From: Candidatus Levyibacteriota bacterium
Lineage (GTDB): Bacteria; Patescibacteriota; Microgenomatia; Levybacterales; UBA12049
Assembly: GCA_963790825.1 (NCBI GenBank)
Contig: CAWBPM010000002.1
Location: 423,159 to 487,158, forward strand
Direction: 5' to 3'
Length of the DNA stretch: 64,000 nucleotides
In this document: positions 48,988 to 59,307 of the stretch, piece after piece
Layout: each line of letters starts with the position of its first letter
Numbering within the stretch: the first letter of the stretch is position 1
Notes under the pieces: model-generated
The model's database searches: none
Told to the model about the DNA's origin: nothing
The model's input: only the letters and a program-made list of their open reading frames with translations
Translations under genes and position numbers: made by a program

Positions 48988-50493
48988 TTAAGTGTGGATA
49001 AGGCCGACTTCTTTACCGTTATGCTCGTGTGACACATTGTAAGCTCGCATTGCCTCTTCGCTAAAAACCGGCAGGGTAAAGGCAAAGATAGCTCCTTTTC
49101 CTTTTCCTTGCGAAGAAACTGAAATCGTTCCTGAGTGGAGTTCAATAATTGATTTCGAAATATAAAGCCCGAGTCCTGTTCCCTGAACGCTTGATTGATT
49201 TGACGTATAGGACCCCTCAACTAATCCGAATTTCTGAAACAACTTCGGAATATCAATAGGGTCAATTCCTACACCCGTATCACTAATTTCTGTCCGAACC
49301 ATATTATCAACGTGCCGGAAACTGATACCGATTCTTCCGCCGCGGGATGTAAATTTCAAAGAATTTCCAATCAGATTAAAAAATACTTCTTTTAGTTTAT
49401 CGGCGTCTCCCAGAATAACCGGCGAGAAATCGGCAGTATATAACATTACTTCGACTCCTAATTCTTTCGCATGAGACAAAACGTCACTCAATACCTCACT
49501 TGCCATCTTATCGAGAAGTACTTTACCCATCGCCACCGTTAACCTGCCTGATTCGATACGCGAAACATTCAGCATGTCATTTACGAGTTTAATGAGTCTG
49601 TCCGTTGACTGATATGCACGGTCCAAATACCACTTTTGCTTTTCAGTGAGGTGGCCGCCTCTTCCATCCAGAGTCATCCATAAATATGACTTAATCGCTG
49701 TCATAGGCGTACGCAGCTCATGCGAAGCCACAGACACAAATTCAGATTTCAATTTATCCAGTACTTTTAATTGTTCGTTCTTATCCTGTACCTGTTTATA
49801 CAAAAGCGCATTATCCATAGCAATCCCGATAACACCATGCAAGCGGCTTAACAAGTCTTTGTGATAGTCCGACAGTTCTTCAGTTGACTCATTAAGACAA
49901 ATAATCATTCCGCCGATTACCTGACCTCGCACTAACAACGGATAAACAAACGACGTTTTTATATTTGCCTCCCGTTGAACTTGGTTAATCTCATCGATAC
50001 TTTTCGCATCCAGCGATAAACCTTTAAAAAAGTCCGAAAGGTTGTCAGTTTTCTTGACTTCTTTATCGACTAACGCTTTAACCAATAAGTTATCTGTTTG
50101 TGATATTGATATATCTTTAAAAGTGTAAATCTTCTTAAGCATTGCCTCATGCATTTCATAAGTACTGTCAGTGAGATAAATCGACAAAACATGAATGGCT
50201 TTTGCTTCTTTAATCATGTAAATAGCCGAGATACTGAATTCTGCATCTTCTACCAGTACTTTAGTGACTTCTTTTGCAATCTCTATTGCGTCGGTTGCGG
50301 AAGAAAGTACTATTTCATCAATTTTTTGCAGAATTGAGAGCGTCTTATTTTTTTCCGCAAGTTCCATGTTCTTTTTATACATTTCCTGGGTAATATGTGT
50401 AATTTCATCATTTGCAGCGGGAGCCGTATTAACAGGACTCGGAGAATTGGGTTGTATTTTTTTTACCGGAGAGAAAAGTGAACGAAAGTTCAT
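48988..50493 (-). CDS. GAF-domain sensor histidine kinase (soluble, orphan)
   Basis: H-box HELRTPMTAIKSY plus HATPase_c N/G boxes. The N-terminal half is GAF-like. There is no TM segment and no adjacent response regulator. Confidence 0.75.
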   Translation of the reverse strand: MNFRSLFSPVKKIQPNSPSPVNTAPAANDEITHITQEMYKKNMELAEKNKTLSILQKIDEIVLSSATDAIEIAKEVTKVLVEDAEFSISAIYMIKEAKAIHVLSIYLTDSTYEMHEAMLKKIYTFKDISISQTDNLLVKALVDKEVKKTDNLSDFFKGLSLDAKSIDEINQVQREANIKTSFVYPLLVRGQVIGGMIICLNESTEELSDYHKDLLSRLHGVIGIAMDNALLYKQVQDKNEQLKVLDKLKSEFVSVASHELRTPMTAIKSYLWMTLDGRGGHLTEKQKWYLDRAYQSTDRLIKLVNDMLNVSRIESGRLTVAMGKVLLDKMASEVLSDVLSHAKELGVEVMLYTADFSPVILGDADKLKEVFFNLIGNSLKFTSRGGRIGISFRHVDNMVRTEISDTGVGIDPIDIPKLFQKFGLVEGSYTSNQSSVQGTGLGLYISKSIIELHSGTISVSSQGKGKGAIFAFTLPVFSEEAMRAYNVSHEHNGKEVGLIHT

Positions 50494-50542
50494 ATATATT
50501 CAGTATACAGTAAAATTGTGAATTGCAAAATCCTAAACTAAA

Positions 50543-50562
50543 AGGGGAGGGAGCTGGTCTTG
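50543..50562 (+). repeat. direct repeat (left copy) flanking AbiE cassette
   Basis: aggggagggagctggtcttg; 19/20 identical to 51521-51540. Confidence 0.8.
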
Positions 50563-50574
50563 TAACGCAATAGC

Positions 50575-51231
50575 TTATGGAAGAGATATATAATTCTTAA
50601 CTAATAGTTCAAAAAAACTTTTTATTTCCTGAGGCTGATAAATTTGACCGCCGGAAATTGGAATAATACGAAAATCCAACATATCATCAAAATATACTAA
50701 CTGTTGTAAAAACAACCGCTCATCAAAGATACCTCCATATACTTTTTTAGTAAGACGAATAAGTTCGGGTAGCTCTATATATTTATTTTTTATAATTGCA
50801 TACAGATCATACACGTCCCGATATTCACCTCTTCTTCCAATTGTATAGGCTTTTTGTAAAGCAATTTCCTGGACCGGGAACAATCGTAAACCGCTCTCGG
50901 TTTGAAGAATAGCAAAGTAAGATGTAAATGGATAATAGAGAAATGTAATTTTTATCCCATTTTTGCCAGTAAAAGTTAGTTCCTCCGTTGTATCTACGGA
51001 AGTATTACCAATCTCTATCTTTTTCGAAAGTTTTTCCAGAAGATTCTTAGGAAAAGTAGTAGTACTAAAAAAATCAAAATCGAATGATTTACGGTGATTG
51101 ATTTGTAAAGCGAGGGCTGTCCCGCCAGCTAATACAAATTCCTTGGTGAAAGGAATAAGTTTTTGTAATAACTGCTGCCTCTCGTTATTTAATATTTCGA
51201 GGTGTAGATTTGAGATAATTTTGTTCATCAA
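50575..51231 (-). CDS. AbiEii/AbiGii-family nucleotidyltransferase toxin
   Basis: ...AGGTALALQINHRKSFDFDF... matches the PF08843 core (GGTAL..HR.S.D.D). Confidence 0.6.
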   Translation of the reverse strand: MMNKIISNLHLEILNNERQQLLQKLIPFTKEFVLAGGTALALQINHRKSFDFDFFSTTTFPKNLLEKLSKKIEIGNTSVDTTEELTFTGKNGIKITFLYYPFTSYFAILQTESGLRLFPVQEIALQKAYTIGRRGEYRDVYDLYAIIKNKYIELPELIRLTKKVYGGIFDERLFLQQLVYFDDMLDFRIIPISGGQIYQPQEIKSFFELLVKNYISLP

Positions 51232-51469
51232 TAGACACAGTAATATGTAAAATATAATTTTTAATAAAGTTAAGTGTCTGAGGAGTATAGATTTTCTTCG
51301 GATATTGCAGGAATATTTCCCGGAGAGTCTTTTCTCCCACTATTTTTTTTAATAACTGAATTTCCTTCAGACTACCGAAAACGAGAATTTGTTGTATCGT
51401 ATCGGGAGAAGTTATATCATTGGTTGGAGTATACCAGGCTCGCTTTATTTGCATATTCTTATTATACAT
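51185..51469 (-). CDS. putative cognate antitoxin (small)
   Basis: 94-aa ORF immediately upstream of, and overlapping, abiEii; no recognisable domain. Confidence 0.3.
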   Translation of the reverse strand: MYNKNMQIKRAWYTPTNDITSPDTIQQILVFGSLKEIQLLKKIVGEKTLREIFLQYPKKIYTPQTLNFIKNYILHITVSIDEQNYLKSTPRNIK

Positions 51470-51507
51470 TATACAAGAAATTCTTCTAAATTAGAATATG
51501 CTGAATT

Positions 51508-51789
51508 CTACTTCGCCAGGAGGGGAGGGAGCTGGTCCTGGGGAAGTTGATCAACAAGATCTTTTACCGCATCGCGACAAACTTGAACCGAGGCATTACC
51601 GAAAAATTCCCGGTATTTTTCGATAAGCTGTTCAATCGCATTTTTTTCATCGCCTTTAATCGTCACTTCCTTTTTTTGCCAGTCGACACTTAGCCCGGAA
51701 ACCTTTTTCGCCTGTTCTAGTGCAACCGGACCGATAATAGATTCCTGTTCTTCAATGATTCTTTTGGCTAACTGCCCAAAGATATCCAT
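51508..51789 (-). CDS. hypothetical protein
   Basis: 93-aa ORF whose 3' end contains the right copy of the direct repeat. Confidence 0.3.
   Translation of the reverse strand: MDIFGQLAKRIIEEQESIIGPVALEQAKKVSGLSVDWQKKEVTIKGDEKNAIEQLIEKYREFFGNASVQVCRDAVKDLVDQLPQDQLPPLLAK
51521..51540 (+). repeat. direct repeat (right copy) flanking AbiE cassette
   Basis: aggggagggagctggtcctg; encodes the C-terminus (QDQLPPLL) of gene 51508-51789. Confidence 0.8.
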
Positions 51790-51794
51790 ATGAG

Positions 51795-52613
51795 TTATTC
51801 TTTATTTTGTATTTTTAAAAAAACTAAATTCAAATGTAATAAACTTAACGTCATAGCTAAGTACGCCACTAAATACATATAATCATTAATTCCACCGGAC
51901 GCCCATGTATTATTAGCAGACTGGTATAAAAATGTATAGTCGGCAAAAAACTGTAATACAAGAGAAAATAAAATTGCCAAGATTGTCTTTTTCATGATGC
52001 CACCCAAAATACTTCTCGACAGAAGAAGTGTTAAGATAGTTAAAGAAATATAAATAGCTTCTCCAAGCGGATAGCCAAAGTCAAGAAAAACCTTAATCGG
52101 TTGTGACCAATCAAATTTGTACTCTTGTAAAAAGAGAAAATAACCTAATCCCAACATTAAGATAGGGATTATAAATGCTTGTAGTCGCCCTTCAATTGTT
52201 CGTAGTTTAATGTTGACACCCGTAACTTTACCCAAGTTATATACAGCTATAATATAAAGGGGAATACTTCCAAAATAACCAACGTCTCCCAGAGAGGGAT
52301 AGGGAATATTGACATGAAGAATGTGAAAGTAATAAGAATATGCTAACTGTCCAAATTCCTGAGCTAAAAGTCCAAAAGAAAGGAAGGCTACTGCTCTTCC
52401 TAATGAGCTTTTTATCCCTCCCCAATGCCTTGACAATATTAATCCCCAAATTCCACCCCATAAAGCCATAACTCCATAGGTATCTGAGAATAATTGGTTA
52501 AGCGAGGGGTGACTTTGAAAATTTATTTGAAGATAAATCCAAAATAAAGTTAAAGAAATAAACAAGAGGACTGCAACGACTATTTGCCATTGGCTTTTCA
52601 GAAATCTTAACAT
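51795..52613 (-). CDS. polytopic membrane protein (hypothetical)
   Basis: 272 aa with ~7 hydrophobic helices. Confidence 0.4.
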   Translation of the reverse strand: MLRFLKSQWQIVVAVLLFISLTLFWIYLQINFQSHPSLNQLFSDTYGVMALWGGIWGLILSRHWGGIKSSLGRAVAFLSFGLLAQEFGQLAYSYYFHILHVNIPYPSLGDVGYFGSIPLYIIAVYNLGKVTGVNIKLRTIEGRLQAFIIPILMLGLGYFLFLQEYKFDWSQPIKVFLDFGYPLGEAIYISLTILTLLLSRSILGGIMKKTILAILFSLVLQFFADYTFLYQSANNTWASGGINDYMYLVAYLAMTLSLLHLNLVFLKIQNKE

Positions 52614-52731
52614 ACGTTAGGCATTTGTAATAACCTACCTCTGACTTAAGCTTATAATTAATAATTCCACTTGTCAAGTAGATGCAAGTTAGATTATAGT
52701 ATGCAGAGTAGCTAAATCTATTAGGTTAATT

Positions 52732-53640
52732 ATGATACCAATTTTCCCTGAATTTAAAAAGCTAGAAATTGCGGACAAAAACGATATTGATTCCTTCACG
52801 CTTAAATATCTTCCATATTCTGATTTTAACTTTGTTAGTATGTATAGCTACAATGTGCAAAATAAAATCAGTATATGTCAAATAGAAAATAATCTTGTTG
52901 TTAAATTTGAGGACTACACTCAGGAAGGGAAATTTTTCTACTCTTTTCTTGGAAAGTCTGCTGTTCAACAAACTGTTAAAACTTTATTTTCCGCTACAAA
53001 TGATATTGACATGCTTCCTGTATTGAAACTTCTACCAGAAATAAATTTTGAAGATACCCATTCCCTTACTAACTTTAATCTACAAGAAGAAAGAGATAAT
53101 TTTGATTATATTGTTAAGACTAACGGAATTATTGACCATAGTAATAGCGCGTTTTCTCATAAAAGAAGAATTATTAGACGTTTCTATCGAGAAAATCCAG
53201 TAGCAAAAGTAATTTCTCTGGACGTTACAGATCCCCTAGATCAACATAACATTCAGAATTGTTTTCAACAATGGGAAAGTGGGAAAAGAAAAGAACCAAA
53301 TGAAACTAATCATGAAAAGATAGCACTACAACGAGTCTTGAAAGCAAGTAGGAATTTTGATTTGTTATCTCTTGGAATCATACAAGAAGAGAAAATTATT
53401 GCTTTTTCAATTTACGAAATTGTACAACAAAATTATGGGATTATTCATTTCGCAAAATATAATCCTATTTATAAAGGAATATTTGATGCTCTTGTTGCTC
53501 AAACAGTTATTGATTGTGGTAAAAAAGGATGCGAGTATGTAAATATTGAGCAGGATCTAGGCATTGAGGGACTTCGCAATGCCAAATTACAATGGTACCC
53601 GGCCTTTTTTCTCAAAAAGTACACAATAACACCGAAATAA
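52732..53640 (+). CDS. DUF2156-like (MprF C-terminal/GNAT-like) domain protein
   Basis: The C-terminal ...EQDLGIEGLRNAKLQWYP resembles the conserved end of the DUF2156/LPG_synthase_C family. Confidence 0.35.
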   Translation: MIPIFPEFKKLEIADKNDIDSFTLKYLPYSDFNFVSMYSYNVQNKISICQIENNLVVKFEDYTQEGKFFYSFLGKSAVQQTVKTLFSATNDIDMLPVLKLLPEINFEDTHSLTNFNLQEERDNFDYIVKTNGIIDHSNSAFSHKRRIIRRFYRENPVAKVISLDVTDPLDQHNIQNCFQQWESGKRKEPNETNHEKIALQRVLKASRNFDLLSLGIIQEEKIIAFSIYEIVQQNYGIIHFAKYNPIYKGIFDALVAQTVIDCGKKGCEYVNIEQDLGIEGLRNAKLQWYPAFFLKKYTITPK

Positions 53641-53693
53641 GATATAAGTCGAATACCTTCAAAAAAGAAAAATCCGGGGATGATAAAATAATT

Positions 53694-54596
53694 TTAGACT
53701 GCAAGTAAAATAGCCCCAAAAACGATCATTATTATAGAGATGAGCTTCAAGGTCAATGTTTTCTTCGCTATCACTTCTTTTAGAATATAAGGAAAGAAAA
53801 GTGAAAGAATAATACCGTAAATCAAGACGAATAACGGTTGCAAACCGGCAAGCACACTAACTAAACTTGCAGAAATAAGCGACAATGCGAAAAAGCCGGT
53901 ATAACGTGATAATATATATACCGCCTCGTCAATAGACATTAAAAAGAAAGCTTGTCTCGGAAGTCGTTTGGTTTGTTTTTTTAATAAACGAAAATTATTG
54001 GGTAAAAACAACAGACAGACAGCACAGAGCGCTATACCAAATCCTTCGTAAGGCAAAATCTGCCAGAAGTTTTGTACGGTAACGCCGAATTTAAAAAACA
54101 GTATCGAAAACGCAGCAAATACACAAGATAAAAGCATAAACCAAAGTGCTTTTCTGGGTCTAAATAAATTTTTCTTATTTTTCTGTATTGATAAAAGTAA
54201 GCCGGATATAATAATCAAAGCTGATCCTACATACTGGAGATATGTCAATGATTCCCCCAGGATCAGAGCGTCTCCGATTATGACAAAAACAGGTACGAAC
54301 TGAAACAAAGGAATAACGCTTGATGTTTCATCCAGAGATAACGCTTTAAAATAGGGAAGTAGACATAGCTCTGTGAAAAATCCGGACAAAATAATCGAGA
54401 TAATTATGGGCGGAGCGAAAGCATGAAGCCCGATAATAAAGATAAGCAAGATACTTACTAAAAAAGCAATCGTTCCGCTGTATACGGCCAGAATTAATGA
54501 CGGTATTTCAAATTTTTCCAGTAAAAATTTATCAATATAATTGACTAGGGCGTAAATTGCCGGAGAAACAACAGCGAAAAAAATACCAACCAACAT
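53694..54596 (-). CDS. EamA/DMT-family transporter
   Basis: 300 aa, ~10 TM helices in two EamA-like halves. Confidence 0.55.
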   Translation of the reverse strand: MLVGIFFAVVSPAIYALVNYIDKFLLEKFEIPSLILAVYSGTIAFLVSILLIFIIGLHAFAPPIIISIILSGFFTELCLLPYFKALSLDETSSVIPLFQFVPVFVIIGDALILGESLTYLQYVGSALIIISGLLLSIQKNKKNLFRPRKALWFMLLSCVFAAFSILFFKFGVTVQNFWQILPYEGFGIALCAVCLLFLPNNFRLLKKQTKRLPRQAFFLMSIDEAVYILSRYTGFFALSLISASLVSVLAGLQPLFVLIYGIILSLFFPYILKEVIAKKTLTLKLISIIMIVFGAILLAV

Positions 54597-54610
54597 AGGC
54601 TATATGCAGT

Positions 54611-55099
54611 TTACCATTTTTCAGATTTATAGACGGCCAGTGCTAAAACACAAGTTGGTTTATCCGTTACCTTGGCTAATTTTATATCTATATTTATATC
54701 CGTATCTTTACAAGGATATTTTCTCAGTCTACAGAGATCTTTGATGCTATGTATTACGTCAAAGCGAAGTTGATTTTCCACTTCTTGTTTGGTTTTACCA
54801 ATTGCGTCATGCTCGACAAATACTCCGCCATTATCCTTTCTTTGATACCAACCCAGCGCGGCACCGATCCACTCTCCCGGCATACCTCCGCGGTGTTCCG
54901 CCTTAACAACGTAGAGACGATCCCCGTATTCGGCTTCAGGCGTAATGTGCGTCTCGTTTACAATTTCGGAATCAGGAGGAATAATTGAAGAAAGATAAAT
55001 AAGATTATAATTACTTACTCCGCAGTCTTTCAGAGCAGCGTCAAAAGCCGATAGGAGAGTGCTACCGGTTCCTTTTCCCGAGGTCAAAGTGACTTTCAT
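54611..55099 (-). CDS. pdaD: pyruvoyl-dependent arginine decarboxylase
   Basis: MKVTLTSGKGTGSTLLSAFDAALKDCGVSNYNLIYLSSIIPP is the canonical PvlArgDC N-terminus, including the self-cleavage Ser-Ser region. Confidence 0.8.
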   Translation of the reverse strand: MKVTLTSGKGTGSTLLSAFDAALKDCGVSNYNLIYLSSIIPPDSEIVNETHITPEAEYGDRLYVVKAEHRGGMPGEWIGAALGWYQRKDNGGVFVEHDAIGKTKQEVENQLRFDVIHSIKDLCRLRKYPCKDTDINIDIKLAKVTDKPTCVLALAVYKSEKW

Positions 55100-55251
55100 A
55101 TTGCTTAAATACTAAACCAGCTTAATAAAATTACTATAGCTATGTCAAGTACTATTGATCATATCACATCCTGTAGTTATTTGCAAGAGGAGGAGGAGGA
55201 TTAAAATAAATATTCGACTTGAGCACCAAAAACGATATAAAAATAACATTT

Positions 55252-56457
55252 TTATTGAATTGATGTGATAAGTTTGTAAATCGGTGTAATAACCATATAA
55301 ATCAAAAAGCCAACGCCAATTGACAGAATTATAATAATAAACGGTTCAAGTGCCGTAGTGATTGTTTTTACCCGTTCATCAACCTCCCTTTCGAAATATT
55401 CCGAAACTTTCAGCAGTGATTCGTCAACTTTTCCTGTTTGTTCGCCAATTTTTACCATTTCGACAAGAATGGGAGGGAAGAGAGGACTACTGCTCATAGC
55501 ATCTCCTACTGTTACTCCTTTTTCGACTCGTTTGGCAAGTGTAGAAATCGCTGCTTTATAGTTCACATTACCAACAACATCAGAACTCTGAGTTAACGCT
55601 TCAAAAATGGGTGTCCCAGTGCCTATAAGTAAACCAAATGTACGAGTAAACTCAACCAGAATTGATTCACTAGTCAACCTGCCAAATACGGGTAATTTAA
55701 GAATGAACATATCAACGATATGTTTTCCGCTTACTGTTTTATGCCATTTTCTAAACAAATAAACAAGAAAAACTATTGTAATGATAAGAATTGGCCAAAA
55801 AGTCGTCATTGACTGGGATATTCCCATAGCGATTTGCATCGTTGCAGGAAGCGGATAATTTAAATTGCTATAGAGACTGGCGAGTTGCGGAATAACGACA
55901 ACCGTCATAATGATAAAAACTCCAACCATGAGAAGAACAATAATTGCAGGATAAAGAAGTGCCCCTCTAATTGTAGAATTCAATTTTTGTTCTTTTTCCA
56001 GATTATCAGATAAACGAGTAAGAGTCTTATCAAGTATTCCTGAAGATTCGGCTGCTTTAATCAGGGCAATATAGACCGGAGAAAAAAATGCAGGATATTT
56101 ACTGATACCGGTAGACAACTTTCCGCCTTCCTCAATGACGCTCATAATTCCCCCCACCACTTCCATCATCGATCTTTTACTCATCTGATTTTTAAGTATT
56201 ACGAATGCTTGTATGAGAGTTAGTCCCGAGGTAAGCATGGAGCCTAATTGTCTGGTAAAAAAAATCAAATCCGTATGTGTGGGCTTTCTGAATCTGATAA
56301 GAAAATTTTCCAGGGTTTTTTCCCTAACAGATGTAATGTTAACCGGGTGGAGATGGTGTTGACGAAGGTACAAGGCTACTTGTTCCGAATCTACTGCTTC
56401 AATAGTACCTTTGAGAATTTTTCCGTCTTCCGCGATAGCCTTATATGCCAGTTTCAT
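55252..56457 (-). CDS. pilC: type IV pilus inner-membrane platform protein PilC
   Basis: Two GspF-like repeats, 401 aa. Confidence 0.85.
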   Translation of the reverse strand: MKLAYKAIAEDGKILKGTIEAVDSEQVALYLRQHHLHPVNITSVREKTLENFLIRFRKPTHTDLIFFTRQLGSMLTSGLTLIQAFVILKNQMSKRSMMEVVGGIMSVIEEGGKLSTGISKYPAFFSPVYIALIKAAESSGILDKTLTRLSDNLEKEQKLNSTIRGALLYPAIIVLLMVGVFIIMTVVVIPQLASLYSNLNYPLPATMQIAMGISQSMTTFWPILIITIVFLVYLFRKWHKTVSGKHIVDMFILKLPVFGRLTSESILVEFTRTFGLLIGTGTPIFEALTQSSDVVGNVNYKAAISTLAKRVEKGVTVGDAMSSSPLFPPILVEMVKIGEQTGKVDESLLKVSEYFEREVDERVKTITTALEPFIIIILSIGVGFLIYMVITPIYKLITSIQ

Positions 56458-56458
56458 G

Positions 56459-57535
56459 TTATTCCATCAAGCGCATGAATTCATCCTCACGAACTGCATA
56501 TCCTTTCGCGTCTTCTAATGATACGGTTCCCGCATGAACAAGTTGTGCCAATGAATCCTCAAGTGTCATCATGCCGATTTCTCTGGAGGTTTGGATCGTT
56601 GAATCAATAAGATGTGTTTTACCGTCTCTGATGTTACTGCTCACTGCGGAAGTACCTATTAGAATTTCGACTGCAGGTATTCTGCCGCCTCCGATTTGGG
56701 GAAGGAGTCGCTGTGAAATGATGCCTTTTAGTGTTGCTGCAAGTTGAATTTGGATTTGTTTTTGTTGTGAAGTCGGAAATGAATCAACAATACGATCAAC
56801 GCTCTGGGCGGCAGAGTTTGTATGTAAAGTCGCAAACACCAAATGCCCGGTTTCGGCAATAGTTAAGGCCGCAGCCATCGTTTCCGGATCCCGCATCTCG
56901 CCAATCAGCACAACATCCGGATCTTCACGAAGTGCGGACTTTAGTGCCATTGCCCATGAGTGTGTATCGGCTCCGAGTTCCCGTTGAGAAACGACACTTG
57001 TTCCTTTCGAATAGACATATTCAATCGGATCCTCGATTGTTAAGATGTGGGTATTTTTCTTCATGTTGATTTCGTTAATAATTGCAGCCAATGTACTAGA
57101 CTTTCCGTGTCCGGTCGGACCGGTGACCAGTACAAATCCCTGTTTAAGTTGGGCAAACTGCTCGCATACTTTGGGTAATTTTAATTCCTCAATTGTCTTA
57201 ATAGCGGGAGGAAGAAAACGAAGCGCTCCGGCCAAGTATCCTCTTTGAAAATAGGCATTTACGCGAAATCTTCCCAAATCTCCGTATGTACCGCCTCCAT
57301 ATCCGAAAGAAAAGTCGAGTTCCTTGTTTGATTGTAGCAACTCTTTTTGCTCCGGAGTTAGCAGGGAAAAAATCATTTTCTCAATTTCTGCTCCGGTCAA
57401 ATTTTTAGAATTGCTAATATTTCGCAGTTCGCCATCTACGCGGAGTGACGGAGGAAGCCCCGCGATAAGATGTAGATCAGATGCTTTACTTTCAACCGTT
57501 AATTTTAACAACCCTTGGATGTCTACGATTTCCAT
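56459..57535 (-). CDS. pilT: twitching-motility retraction ATPase PilT
   Basis: VTGPTGHGKSSTLAAIINEIN Walker A plus Asp and His boxes; 358 aa. Confidence 0.85.
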   Translation of the reverse strand: MEIVDIQGLLKLTVESKASDLHLIAGLPPSLRVDGELRNISNSKNLTGAEIEKMIFSLLTPEQKELLQSNKELDFSFGYGGGTYGDLGRFRVNAYFQRGYLAGALRFLPPAIKTIEELKLPKVCEQFAQLKQGFVLVTGPTGHGKSSTLAAIINEINMKKNTHILTIEDPIEYVYSKGTSVVSQRELGADTHSWAMALKSALREDPDVVLIGEMRDPETMAAALTIAETGHLVFATLHTNSAAQSVDRIVDSFPTSQQKQIQIQLAATLKGIISQRLLPQIGGGRIPAVEILIGTSAVSSNIRDGKTHLIDSTIQTSREIGMMTLEDSLAQLVHAGTVSLEDAKGYAVREDEFMRLME

Positions 57536-57537
57536 AT

Positions 57538-59307
57538 TTATTCCTCTGCTACACGCAATACTTCTTCTATTGTAGTCAATCCCTGTAAAACCTTCAAGAA
57601 CCCATCTTGGCGTATTGTAATCATTCCTTCCAGTATAGCTTGTTTTTCTATAGAATCGCTATCCGTATGCTCTAAAACCAAATGGGATATTTTCTCTGAA
57701 GCCAGAAGTACCTCATAAATACCGATTCTACCTAAGTATCCTGATGCTCCGCACTCATTGCAGCCTTTACCTTTAAAGAGCTTTACCTGATCTGAATTTA
57801 CCGGATATAAATTCCCCAAAACATGTTTCATTTGTATAACCAGCTGGGGCAGGGGAACATATGATTCTTTGCAGTGAGGACAAATTCTCCGGCAAATTCG
57901 CTGTCCGACTATCGCGTTAATTGTCGATGCGAGCAGAAAACTCTCAGCACCCAGGTCAATAAGACGCGGGAGTGCACCGGATGCGCTTGATGTATGAATC
58001 GTTGAAAAAACTAAATGGCCGGTTAATGCCGCTTGTATGGCAAGCTCCGTCGTTTCCTGATCCCGAATTTCCCCAACTAGTATGATATTCGGATCCTGAC
58101 GTAAAAAAGCCCTGAGTCCCGAGGCGAAAGTCAGCCCTACCGGGGGATTAATTTGCACCTGATTAATTCCCGGTATCTGATATTCAACCGGATCTTCCAG
58201 GGACATTATATTTACTCTGGTTGTGTTTAGCTTCGACAGGATGGCATAAAGCGTCGTCGTTTTCCCGCTTCCTGTCGGCCCGCAAACCAGAATAATTCCG
58301 TGCGGCTTAAGAATCGATCCTTCCAGATTTCGCATAGGAGGCCCCGATAATCCCAGTTCAGGAAGAGAGGGAATGCCACCGCTTTTTTGCAGAATACGCA
58401 TAACAATTTTTTCTCCGCTAACTGTGGGTATTGTTGAAATACGAAGATCTACTTCCTGATCACCCATTTGGAAACTAAATCTGCCATCTTGCGGGATTCG
58501 GTGTTCATCAATTTTTAATTCGGAGAGAATTTTTATACGCGAGATAAGAGAATCCTGGACATTTTTAGGCAGTGACAATTTATCATAAAGTATTCCGTCA
58601 ATTCTGTATCTCACCCGCAGCCGGTCTTCAAGTGGCTCAATGTGCACGTCTGATGCTCTACTATTAATCGCAAATTCCAGAATCGTTGAAACGATCTTTG
58701 CAATCGGCGCTTCTTTAATAATCTGACCGATTTGCTTACTGTCAACCGCAGGTCTTTTTTTTATTTCTTCCGTTTCTTTTAGAGCTTGACCCACTTCGCC
58801 GACAAGCTCCTGCCGATATTGCTTTTCGATTGCCGTTGCGACGTCTGCCGGAGCGGCAGCAAAAAAACGAATTTGTAATCCTGTTTTTTGCCGAACGAAA
58901 GCAATCGCATCCAGATCCACAGGATTTGCCATAGCAATAGAGAGAGTCTTTTCCTTTTCGTCGTAAGCAAAAGGGATCAGCTGAAACCGGTCAACTACTG
59001 CATTGGGAAGAAGACTAAGCGCTTGGGGAGAAAACGACGTATTAGCAAGTGTTATAAAAGGGATACCGATCAATTTAGCTCCTGCTTCGGCAATTTTTTC
59101 CTCGGGGACAATATGTATAGAACGCAGATATGCTTCAGGCGAGACTGCTTTAAGAACGCTTTTGTTTTTGATATCATCATACTGTTCTTGAGTTAAGACG
59201 TGCTCGGATAACAGGATATCGATAACGCTCTGATCGTTTTGTTGATCATTTGAGTTAGTGTTATTTGCCGGGGAACCGGAATTATTAACTTGAAAGAAAT
59301 TGGGCAT
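57538..59307 (-). CDS. pilB: type IV pilus assembly ATPase PilB
   Basis: N-terminal T2SSE_N-like domain, Walker A (VCGPTGSGKTTTLYA) and a tetracysteine motif (CPHC...CNEC). Confidence 0.85.
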   Translation of the reverse strand: MPNFFQVNNSGSPANNTNSNDQQNDQSVIDILLSEHVLTQEQYDDIKNKSVLKAVSPEAYLRSIHIVPEEKIAEAGAKLIGIPFITLANTSFSPQALSLLPNAVVDRFQLIPFAYDEKEKTLSIAMANPVDLDAIAFVRQKTGLQIRFFAAAPADVATAIEKQYRQELVGEVGQALKETEEIKKRPAVDSKQIGQIIKEAPIAKIVSTILEFAINSRASDVHIEPLEDRLRVRYRIDGILYDKLSLPKNVQDSLISRIKILSELKIDEHRIPQDGRFSFQMGDQEVDLRISTIPTVSGEKIVMRILQKSGGIPSLPELGLSGPPMRNLEGSILKPHGIILVCGPTGSGKTTTLYAILSKLNTTRVNIMSLEDPVEYQIPGINQVQINPPVGLTFASGLRAFLRQDPNIILVGEIRDQETTELAIQAALTGHLVFSTIHTSSASGALPRLIDLGAESFLLASTINAIVGQRICRRICPHCKESYVPLPQLVIQMKHVLGNLYPVNSDQVKLFKGKGCNECGASGYLGRIGIYEVLLASEKISHLVLEHTDSDSIEKQAILEGMITIRQDGFLKVLQGLTTIEEVLRVAEE

